Positions 52,831-64,000 of a DNA stretch of 64,000 nucleotides are shown here, piece after piece. The stretch is from Bugula neritina. Lineage: Eukaryota; Animalia; Bryozoa. Position 1 is the first letter of the stretch. Each line of letters begins with the position of its first letter. The DNA lies in NCBI GenBank assembly GCA_964035545.1, contig OZ037766.1:8918722-8982721 (forward strand). The letters are read 5' to 3'. Under the pieces are notes generated by a model that saw only the letters and a program-made list of their open reading frames with translations, was not told the origin of the DNA and searched no databases. A program made the translations under genes and the position numbers.

Positions 52831-55800
52831 ATTTTATCTTGGATTTACTTTGGTCTTGCTCTTAGACAGCTAGAATCTTAAAAGACTAGCTCTCACTCTG
52901 CATGTTACTTTAATTGTTGATGCTTATGTTAGTATAATTTTTGTGTTGGAAAAGAAATACAAAGTGAGAGTTCTAACCTCAGTGATCAGAGATATAAATC
53001 AATGCATAAGCTAGGAGAAATTATTATAGAAGATTAGAATTACACCATGTAACTGGGTTTGAATTGTGCAGTTAAATCTGTGTTTTTACCGACATATAGC
53101 ACTCAAGAAAAATGCTCCAAAAACTCATAGAGGAATATTCACATTCTACATTGCCTTCTAAAGGGCAACAAACATAGTCTGTCTTGCTGCATTACCCTTT
53201 TAATTGGTTCATTTACTTTAGACATGGATGGGTCCAAGTGTTTGACTGCGAGTTCTGATATATCAGAAAATGGAGACAAGGACGAAGGCAGCAGTGTTCA
53301 AAAAGTTGGGTTTGAGATTGGTGGCTACACTGTTTTGCCTGATGTCACGAAAACGAAAGTTGAAAAAGTGAGTTTTTAAGAACAATATATATTAGGCCAC
53401 AGCTTATTAATAGTTTACTGTACTTGTAATAAGTATGGGTGTTGAGCTGTATATGCTTCTCATCTAATGAGGTGTTTTTGTGCTTTCTGTGTGCAATTTC
53501 AGGTTTATAATTGTACTATAAACAATTAAAAGTTACAATTTTGCAGTTTTATCTACTTAGAAAGCAATGTTGCTAAGTAATATAGTGTCTGGCTCTGTAA
53601 CCTGTAACCTAATTTTTTTAGTAACACATTCGCCAGAGTACAGGATTCTGAAACATAAAACTGATGTTAAGAAGCAACATGAGTTGAATGAAATATTTGT
53701 CGTTGCTGCTTATTAGATATAATTAGAACCCTAAGTAAAATTTCCAGTTTCTGATAATTTGACCTTCTAAACCTGACCCGCCATAATTATACTTTCAAAT
53801 CATTTTTTATTTAGAAAAATAATTTTTTTTTAATATTTCAACCGATTCTATTCATCTCTCTTTTTAAATGATGTTTGTTTTTTGAAAACTTTAATTTATT
53901 TGGTGCATCTAAATACTGAATATACAGTATATAATTGTTTTTAGGTGAAGAGAAAATTGCCAGCTTGGCTAGAGTCGCCAGATGTTGTGGAGTCTGACAT
54001 AGCCAATAAACAGAGACCTCTTGACTCTGTATCCTTTATCTCGGACAGAATAAGAACTCAGCTGAAGCACAATCAAATTACACATTTGTTTCCAGGTAGA
54101 ATGCAACTGTACTTATGCAATTTAAAAGCCTAATTTATGAAGTCATGACTACTAGTGCTCTATATAATTTAGCACTGACTTCCATTTGTTTGTGAACTGA
54201 TACAAACTTAAAACTGCTTTACTTACGGACTTACCCAGTTGCATAAATTTCTGCACAGACTGTTATTGAAAACTGCAAACAGACGATGAAATGTTATTGC
54301 TTTGATCGGCTTTCATACTGTTGACATACTGCAACGTTTCCTGCATTGCACCCCATATGTCATATATATAATTAAAATAATGGTCATTATATATATTTCA
54401 AGTCCAATGGCAAGTAATACCAGAGATTCTCTCTTCTGTGATACCAAACTCGTTGATGAGTAAGTTGGGTCTGCCACCCAGAGATATCTGCTGCTCAGCT
54501 CCAACAGGAAGTGGTAAAACTTTGGCCTTTTCTCTGCCAGTCATTCAGGTATTTCGTGGAAATGCATTACATATGATAGTTTCAACTTTATTTTGATAAA
54601 TTTGTCATCGTTACATAAACTTAAGAAATCATTTTGACAAGTCTCTATAATAGTCATACGTTTTTTGCAATCGTTTTGATTTCATTTGATTTTATGGACT
54701 TGTTTTGCTGAGTTGCCATTGCCACAATGTCCGTGTTTATGTTGTGACTGGATGGTTGTTACTTGTAACATTTTAGCTGTTGGAAACTTGCAACACTCGA
54801 AGGTTGAGAGCATTGGTTGTATTGCCTGTATCGGATTTGGCGCTTCAAGTATATAAAGTATTCCAAGATTACAGCGAGGGAACTTCACTAAAGGTAGATC
54901 TGCAGCACAATCTATATAAGCAATTAATTGTATATGCAGATTGTAACTTGTGTGATATGTAATCTGTAGTCCAATCAGCAAGTGTAAGTTGTTTTTGTGT
55001 ACAATTAAGGTGCATGAAACTTGCAGTTCAGGAACTCTGGTGGGCTGATATGGCTGTAGCCAACTAGATTTGATAGGAGGTAGATGTTAGTTGGGTTTAT
55101 ACAGTCCGTTTCCTGTTTCTATATTGGATAAACTTCTTGGTTTATGTATTCCTGCAAAAGCTGGTGTTTGTCTAGAACCTAGATGTAACATTGCTGCTAG
55201 AAAAGACCATTCAACAGAAATTTCCAAAAAATATTTAAAGAGTTATTTTCATGTGATGTTGCATACAAGCAACTCTTTTAAAGTTACATGTGCACAAGCT
55301 GTATTGTCAACACACGTTTTTTTTAGCAATTTATACAACAAATACAATTTTTTTTGAAAACATGATTTCCATGTTTAAATTAATGCTATATTTAGCCTAA
55401 AGATTAACTTGTATTTACTTGCAAGTTAAGAAGTTATGTTCAAGGTTGACAGTAAACCAATTGGCCTGCTCAATTTATGGTTTCAGTTGAAACACATGTG
55501 AAAAACACTTGAAAGCTAAGCGGAATTTTGCCATTTGAATTTGAATGACTGACATTGCGTATGTTCTGCCTTAAAATACAAAAATGTGATGTGTGGAGAA
55601 ATTCGTTTCTACAATTTGGACTAAATATTGATGTATTATATTAGATTATTTGGAACACCTTTAATTGTTAACTAAATACTAAAGTATAATGATAACTAAA
55701 CAGTGCCACTATCATTAAAATAACATGTGATAGTGGGTAGACCAAAGTCTGGTCAATGTGCTCAGTTTCTGTGTGTTATCAGGATCCTCTCATATTAAGG

Positions 55801-58800
55801 CTTTTTCTTAAATATCCACTTGTCCAGTATTCTTAGACCTTTACACATAATACAACTAACTGTTTAATGTTATTATTTAGTAATGAGGTATTGAGATTAA
55901 ATTTTACAACAAATTGCTTATTAAACAATTGAAATTTAATCAAACAAAACAAAGGAGGAGTGAAATATCTTCATGCTCAGCATACACCATTATTTTGAAT
56001 AAACACCTCCAATACGTTATACTTTATAGTGTTTTGCTTTTGATAGGTTGCTTTAACTAATGGCCAGTTGAGTCTTGCTGAAGAGCAGAAAATGTTGACT
56101 ACTAGAAAGTAAGTACTCTTACTTACCCTATTCACTTACTCTGTACACTTACTTTGTACACTTACTCTATATACTTACTATATACACTTACTATATACAC
56201 TTACTATATACACTTACTATATACACTTACTATATACACTTACTATATACACTTACTCTATTCTACCAACTGACACTATACACTCACCTAAGTTACTTGT
56301 AACTCTAACAGTGTATGGTAAACCATCTTGTCAAAACAATAAATCGTATTATCTATTGTTGAAGTCGAATGCTAGCCAGCCACTCTTTTTGTCGCACTTT
56401 TTGTGCCTCTAGTGTTATCTATCACTTGATTGGCTAATACCTAATGTTATCTATTACTTGATTGGCTAATACCTAATGTTATCTGTTACTTGATTGACTA
56501 TTTAGTGACATCACAGAAGAACTGGAAACAGCTGTTGATATTCTGGTTACTACTCCGGGCAGATTGGTTGACCACATCAGTTTTACTCCGGGATTTGATC
56601 TCACTCAGCTCCGATTTCTGGTCAGTGTTTTGATATTCTATGTTGACATTATTGAGTGTGTCTTCCTATGCAAGGTACTTCTAGGGTTTTGTATTGATGA
56701 TGTGTTTTAATTGCTCTACTTGCAGATTCTTGATGAAGTTGACAAAATTCTGGAGGAGGTAAAGCATGACTGGCTGGACTACCTGGAGAGAGCTGTATAT
56801 GACAAGAGAGGCTGGCCCCAGCCTATCACCGCTGCTTCGTACGTAGTGTAGAACTCAAGCTATTGTGTCGCGTGTTTGTATTGGTTATCAGCCACGTGAA
56901 GTGCTCCTGTCCTGCAAGACTGTCAATCAAAGTTCTATCCTTCTAGGTTAAACTCTGCCGCACTGCCTCTTCAAAAGTTACTCTTCTCAGCCACCCTAAC
57001 CCAGAACCCTGAGAAGTTAGAGAAACTGAGGCTATGTGAGCCTAGGCTATTCACTTCCGTCATATCCAAAGAGCAAGGTATGGATGTTGACCACCCTGAT
57101 GATCACTTTACTGGCAAATACACCACCCCTCAGGGTTTGCAGGTAATCATTCTAAAGTAAAAGTTAAGGCTTTTCTTATAACTTTAGTATATATAATGTT
57201 TTATCGGAAACTATCTTGTGATTTTTTGCAAAACATTATAATGCTGCAATAGATTTCCAGCAAGGCACCATCTTTCTTTGAGTGTTTGTACTGGCAGGAA
57301 AAGAGTTGTCTCACCCTTGTTTGTTTTTAAACTGAGGGAAATATCTCCATATCTTTTACAGTTTTACCGGTTTTGTAGAAAGTTTATTAAATTACAGAAG
57401 TAGGCTATAAAAATTAACTTTGTTTATCTTCCTAAAAACTTGAAATTTTTCTGGAATTGTTTGATTCTCAACTTGGTATCACTCTCGGTTATTGCAGGCT
57501 ACTATTAGTTGTAGTATCACCTAATATTTTATTGAATACTCAGTCAATTATTCCACTAACATAAGTAACAACATTGGCACACACTCATTTCAATACATGT
57601 TCTTTCAAAATTAGCCTCATGTCTATAGAATTCCTTCAGGAATTATAAAGACATGATTTTTTACTATATATTATGAAATCTGGTTTTGCTATTAAATAGA
57701 TAATTCCTTTTTATATGTAAAATATCTTCCCTCTTGTCTAAAGAGAGGTGTTTTAATTTTCATTACTCTTGGACGTCTCTTATTTTATAATGTTTCAAAG
57801 TAGCTCTTATTAACTGATGTAATTTAGCTATTGTGTTATATTGAACTATTTCTTGTTATTTTTATAGTTTCTAACCTCATTTTCATAAGTATTACTAAAC
57901 TTGATTTTAAGCTAATTTTTCAACATTGAAGCTCAACTAGAAAGTCTGTCTTAGTTTTATAATTAGATTATGCTTTAAAAACCAGTAGCTAAATTTAAAA
58001 ACTAATACATGATGATTAAACTGAATTGCAGTATAAACGTATCAGCATCATACTAGTGGGAGAACTCAACAGTTTATCTGAGTGTACCCAACATTACATG
58101 GAGCTGGAGTAGTCTAAATCCATCTTGCTTTATAGAAACCAGCTTTAAAATTTAGAAATTTTAGTAAGTTGACTGAAACTGAAAATGGGTACAAAGAATA
58201 TTAATTCATATTACATTTGCTGCATTGTGTTGTCCTCTAGGAGTACTATATAGAGTGTCGCGTACCAACAAACAAACCCCTAGTACTCCTATATCTGTTA
58301 CATACACTAAAGCTGAGGAAAGTACTTGTGTTTGCTGGATCCCAGGCCACAGTCCAGAGGTAGGTTGCACTGATAAAGTGCTCCGATATGTCTGTCATAA
58401 TATATGTTTTCCTAATTCGCCATTGCACATTGCTCATTGTAAACCTTGTTGTATATATTGAATAGGCTACACAAGTTGATGCAAGAATATAGCGAAGAAG
58501 TCAAAATAGCTCAGGTCTCTGGAGATATCTCTAAAAAGCGTCGAACTCAAATCATCCGACAGTTCAGTAGGAGTCATATTGACGTGTGAGTGCAGTAACA
58601 TGTTGCACAATAACAGAATAGTTCTTAGTAACAGGTCTTTAGTACAGTCCGATATAATATCACGACACAAGGGTATAGAAATATTCCCGCAATCCTCGTG
58701 GCAATAGGCTATTCAGTCACTTTTCTATGACAACTCTGTATCGTATGGACTTTGGTTAGACATACTTCCATATGTATTGCATTAATATAGTATTTTAAAT

Positions 58801-59593
58801 ATTTATGATAATGCTGTTTCTATTTTTGCTCAGTTCCTGTAGTTGACACTGTGGTCAGATATGATTTTTTTTGAAGGTCTGCTCTCTGTACTGCTATGTT
58901 TTTACTAATACCACTTCTTCTATATTTAGCTCAACTGTCCTTCACCTTTGTAAATATGTCGAACCTCTGAAGGCACCTTTGAAAATGGGATGTAGTCAAA
59001 CTATCCGACTATTGAATAATAAACAAATGCATGTTATACTATATAACAATATATCTGTTCTCAGTAAAATACTAACCCACATCAACATATCTTTATTAAT
59101 ATTTACAGTATAATAACAACTGATCTGATGGCTAGAGGCCTGGATGTTGATGACGTCTCGACTGTCGTATCCTATGACTCTCCTCCGTATATTAAAACCT
59201 ACATTCACAGAGTTGGGAGAACTGCTCGTGCAGGCAAACCTGGACAAGCTTATACCATTCTCAATGCTAAAGAGGTGACTTTCCATGCAAATCAGTGCAC
59301 ATGTTTAATATAACTTTGTCAAGTCAATAAAGATCATTAATCAACCATTTTCATAATAATTTTTTAAGTTGTGAAGCATTTACTTAGTATTTTTATATAC
59401 TCAATATGCAGCAAATTGTAATAAATTTTTTTTCTCAATTTTACGTTTCATTCCTACTTGTATATTTTAGGTATCCTATTTCAGGAAGATGATCAAATCA
59501 TCATCTAAATCTGTTAAAGCAAAGAAAGTAGGCCGGTCTGAACTAGCACCATATGTGGAGAGATGTAAACAGATTCTAACAGCTAAAGAATAA
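52511..59593 (+). CDS. DDX51: ATP-dependent RNA helicase DDX51 (Dbp6 family), about 532 aa
   Basis: Exons: 52511-52535 (tentative; alternative ATG 53224), 53222-53367, 53945-54095, 54403-54548, 54777-54893, 56047-56108, 56506-56620, 56726-56838, 56947-57142, 58241-58359, 58466-58585, 59109-59274, 59471-59593. Motifs: VKRKLPAWL, LFPVQ, RDICCSAPTGSGKT, TPGRLVDH, DEVD, LQKLLFSATLTQNPEKL, GKYTTP, MARGLD, YIHRVGRTARAG. Confidence 0.93.
56132..56260. repeat. 13-bp minisatellite, about 10 copies
   Basis: Unit ACACTTACTATAT just downstream of the donor at 56109. Confidence 0.9.
56413..56500. repeat. 32-bp tandem repeat, about 2.7 copies, abutting the acceptor at 56505
   Basis: Unit TGTTATCTATYACTTGATTGGCTAATACCTAA. 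Confidence 0.85.
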
Positions 59594-60240
59594 TTCAACG
59601 CACAAGATATTTTAATGTAAGTATGCTGCTAGCAGCTAGTGTGAAAAGTTGTGAGATGAGTAGTTCAATGAGGTGTAGGGAAAGAGAATTATAACATTGG
59701 AGGTCATTATATGCTATATTGTAGTACGTATTGCTCATGTTGCAAAACAAAATCCCATTACCTGTTTTATTCATTTTTTAAAGAGTTTAAAATAGGATTT
59801 TGAAAAAAAGAAACAAAATGTAACCAGGGCAACGTATTGTGTTTAAAAATTAGATCTACACTGGCATTGTCAGTGTGTGACAATTGCTAAATGGCAAGAT
59901 ATTTAACCATTAGGTGTTGTCCCCTTGCTGAGTAATTTTGTTGAATTTGTTTAACTTTGTCATTGGAGTTTTTCATTGTTTCATTTAATAATTATGTTTT
60001 CTGTTATATTGAAAAATGTTCCATTTTATTTCTGTCGTTTATTTTAATCAGTTGTTATAGACCTGTTTTCCATATCACCCAGTAGCAATGATGAATGATC
60101 ATTTTTAGCTGTAGTGTGAACGAGGCATTAGCCATCCGCTTAAAATGGGTCTCTCTATGGTTTATACCCTGTTATTATTTAGTTGGCAAAATAAAGTATA
60201 AATTACTCAAGATTTATTCAAGGCAAAAAAAGTTTAGTAT

Positions 60241-60324
60241 GTCTTCCCCGAGGGTTTAAACCCTTCCTGCACACACACACACCTACTTTGCAGTGTGGGC
60301 TGAGCCCTTAGCCACTGTGCTACC
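60241..60324 (-). mobile_element. Degenerate tRNA-derived SINE head
   Basis: On the - strand: A-box-like TAGCACAGTGG (60312-60322) and B-box-like GGTTTAAACCC (about 60252-60263), with a TG repeat inserted; no intact cloverleaf. Confidence 0.45.
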
Positions 60325-61652
60325 GGACTAACTGAAAATGTAGGCTCCACATAGGATACTTGTTGACCTATATACTGCACATTGCATGGTAAATAGATAC
60401 TGTAAAGGATTAACCCTTGCTTAAAAGCATGCTATGTTATTATCTTATAATACCTGTAGCTAATTTTAGTTAGTCCAATTTTTTTAAAAATAAGTGCTAC
60501 AATAATCAAAGGTGTGGCAACAATTAGCTATACAATGTTGTTGGTGGCAATTACTACTAGTTGAACAAGTTTATGTGGGGAAGTACTTTGATGAGAAATA
60601 AAAGTATAAACATGTCATTGTCTACATGTTGACGAAATGAACCTTATATCATGGTCATTTTCCTCTAATTTTTTTTCGTAACAAGTTGCAAGAGAAGTAG
60701 CAGGTGGTATCTTTTCTGAGCTAGTTGTCTACACATCTAAATTTCATCTCATATAGGTACTAGTCACATCATGTATTGTGGTAGCTGATTTCAATTAATC
60801 AAACTCTTTTATTTTTGCTCAGTGTTTCAGTATTTTTTATTTTAAAATAATCATTATTTGCTTTGTATAACTACCAATAACTATGTCGATTCACGCCTAA
60901 GTTTTTTACTCTTTATTATTGTATTGTGTAATACTGTAAAAGCAATCTGCCTAATGTAAGTTAATCGCCCAATAATTAGGAACTCTCACTTTTTTTTCAG
61001 TTTTACCAAAGTTTTAACACATTAAATTTAGCAATTGGATGCTCAGTTCGTCTGAATTTTTGATAACTTTAGAGTAAACTCAGTTGAGTGTAATTTCCAA
61101 CTATTCAGGATGTTGTAGCAAGTGATTCAGTCAATTCTCTTTAGTGTCAAATGTTGGGCTTCAGGGAAAGCATGTTTGAGCAGTTTTCTCATTTGCTGCC
61201 TTTAAGGGTTTTGGGTAGAAATTATACCCCCCCTCGAAGAAGCTGTGTTAGTATGTTCCCAGGCTGTTCAATATGAAGGCACCAACAAACTTAGACCAAG
61301 CTCTATAATTAACTCTCTCTCTCATCAGTCATATAGACAAAAAAAATTATTGAAAATAATTTAACTTAAGTATTTTGCTGTAGTACCACAATACAGTGCA
61401 AAAATGTTGACTTTATCAGGTTGAAAAAAATATTGTCTATACTTAAATAATTTGTAGTGTTTTGTGATTCTAATGACAAATGTCTAAATTGAAATATATA
61501 GAATAATGTAATAGCTATTTGTGACTTCATACACCAAATAAATATATGTTTATATTATATAATTCTACTCCGCACTTTTGTGCGGCTATCACTATCGGCC
61601 TTCAATTGAACAGTGTAAGTCATATTGTCCTTGCATTATCACAAAATCTTGT

Positions 61653-63863
61653 TCAGTTGTACTGCGTCCTGCTGTCGTACACTGGGTCTTCACTGCTGTC
61701 ACTTTCGTCGCTGCTGTCTACCGCTGACGTTTCGTTGTCGTCGCTTTCACTACTTCCTCTGCTAGCAGCATCATCTGCTAGATAACAAATTCACACTCAT
61801 ATTGGTTGAATTATTTGTGGCGAGTTGTACATGGTTCAAATCAGGTGGAGTCTTTGAAAATATAAGTATTTTCGCTACACTTTACAAGAAAAATAAAGCA
61901 AGAGTTCGAACTCATACAATTCATTTACCAATTCTATTTAACCTTTTTAGAAGTGATCTGGTAGATCTGGTAAAGGCTGATTGTGGCTATTACGTGATTG
62001 GTGGAAACTCTTCATCAACGTCTTATCTTTTTATCATATAAAGCTTGCCAAATTCATTTTTAATAATCCATCGATGCAGCCATGAAAATATTTTATAAAA
62101 ATGAAGAAAGTTTTGTAGTCTCATGCAAGCTACTTTCTGTATCTACCTGTGTTCACCTGTATCTACCTGTCAGCCAGTCTTGTGTTACTAATTTTTACAC
62201 TCACCTGCGTCACCAGTCGCATTGTTCGTGGAATCAGCTCTAAGCAGTTCTTCAGATATGGCGCCTTTAGTGTAACTCCTTGCATATTCTTCACCCCAGT
62301 TGTGTTGGCCATGTTTGGAACTTTGCAGACTGTGTACACTTCCTTTCATACTTCCATACTTTGATAGGTTGTCCTTGATTTCTTCTTCTTGTAGCTCTAT
62401 GCAAACACCAACATGTATTATAATGTATAATGACATATTTTATGCAGTATTGTGTAGTAGCATAGGTCTTCATAACTTTGTATATTGTAGGGTTCCCTAT
62501 TTTTACATACTCTGTAGGCAATTAAAAGGAATTTTCTGTTTGTCGCTACGTAATTTTTGTCCTTTTTTACGGTCACTTAAATTTTTAGGCTGCAGTTTTC
62601 TAACATGAATTGAGGCATCAACATCGATATAACTTGGAAACCTTGCATACATGGATATACATATACTTAGTGTAATAAGGGCAATCCTTATCGGGAAACG
62701 ATGTTGACCACCCATGTTTCGATCTTTGCTCTCAATTTGGTTATAAGGGTTGTATTCTGTGATTAAATTAATGCATACAATATTCTGTGCTTATACAAAT
62801 TACAAAGTTAAACACAAATAATACAGTAAAATGGGTTTTTGCCTATACAAAATATAAACTAACCTTGTGGGTTTGCCCATTCTTGCTTTTCTCCAGATGC
62901 AAATATTCCAAAAAATATTATTCCTATATAGTGTATAATGCCAGCCATTAGAAACACGTATTTCCATTCTTTAAGCATGTCTTCCTGTAAAATAAAAAGA
63001 AAAGTTATGTGCTCTACAATAATCAGTCATGGCAATAAAAGCCACTGTATTAAAAGTTTGGCCTTACCATGGGTGTGTCCTTATAATTTATATGTTGATG
63101 TATAACAGATAAATTGCACACATTTTCCTAATTTCACTGTAATACTAATATAGGGGTATGTCAGAGTATGTAAAAAGCCCACGATTACAGTTAGTCTTTG
63201 TAATGTTTGTTATCTGTACTGGTCAACGTAATCACAATGTATAAGGGTAAGATAATAGTACGTACATTTATAGTAAATCCTGGCTCCTCAGACTCACTCT
63301 TCTGTACTGGTAGTAACTAAAAGTCAAACATAATTTAACTTAGTCCATAATAATGTAGACATTCATCACATTTCCTAATAATTTAATAGTATTGCTTTGA
63401 AATGCATTGCAGGCATTTGAAGATGATCCGATAGTGGAACTTCGCTCAGTGTGGTGAGAAACAGAGAGAGGAAATGAGCAAGGACAACCTATGCATTCAG
63501 TGCCTTCATGTCAACTAACAGCTGTAGACAAAATGTTACTTTAGAAATCCTAAGGGTTGATATGTGACTCGTTGAAAATAACAAGCGGAGAAAATAGCTT
63601 TTCTTTTGCCATCATTTGTCTTTCTTGTTGGACTCCTCATAGCATTCAACATGTTTTATGTATAAAGAATGGAACCATGTATATGCATTTGCTGTTACTG
63701 GATTGAGAAGTTGCCATTTGTTGCTATTTCCTCACCTCAGACCCAGTTAATGCTGACACGGCTATTGGGCAGAGAATACCAGACAAAGTACCAAATCCAT
63801 TTGAAATACCCATGAGAATTGATGCGTACCTCGGGGCAATATCCAAGTGATTAACATTGTAAC
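61653..63863 (-). CDS. VGLUT: Vesicular glutamate transporter (SLC17A6/7/8, eat-4-like), 3' part; gene continues beyond the window
   Basis: Exons (-): 63736-63863 ([32 protein letters not shown]), 62864-62984 ([32 protein letters not shown]), optional 62511-62756, 62205-62396, 61653-61777 (acidic tail ending [11 protein letters not shown]). Confidence 0.9.
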
Positions 63864-64000
63864 CTGTAAAATGTCACATGTTCTGTTAGAAGTTCTATTT
63901 TTGATGCAATCATGTGGCATATTCTGTGAGATACATTTAGATTATCCAGGTCTGCTACTATTAGCAATAATGTAGCATTTTCTGTCTCGAGTGCTCATAT

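Noticed and set aside
60241-60324. Functional tRNA gene
   Set aside because: A- and B-box-like words are present, but the B box is degenerate, a TG repeat interrupts it, and I could not fold a cloverleaf

Overview
AT-rich, intron-rich metazoan (invertebrate) genomic DNA; composition and gene structure are compatible with a lophotrochozoan, but the taxon is not established. By hand-splicing GT-AG exons with consistent phase I recover eight protein-coding loci. In order: a USP53/54 (echinus-like) deubiquitinase (+, 264-18592), LKAAEAR1 (-, 19285-22505), ANAPC16 (-, 23998-25131), an extended synaptotagmin (+, about 27734-40786), an orphan secreted Arg-rich 107-aa protein (+, 45026-45811), ATMIN/ASCIZ (-, 47829-50545), DDX51 (+, 52511-59593) and the 3' part of a vesicular glutamate transporter (-, 61653 to beyond the window). 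The most interesting signals are: (1) a secreted peptide with 16 Arg and no Lys, Asp, Glu or Cys; (2) hexamer-periodic AGTAAT/ACTAAT fold-back DNA concentrated beside the two head-to-head promoters; (3) a minisatellite that has multiplied a 5' splice site seven times; (4) a possible hydrophobic cassette exon in the VGLUT tail; (5) an RFX X-box upstream of LKAAEAR1. All gene models are manual and homology calls come from recalled family motifs, not database searches.
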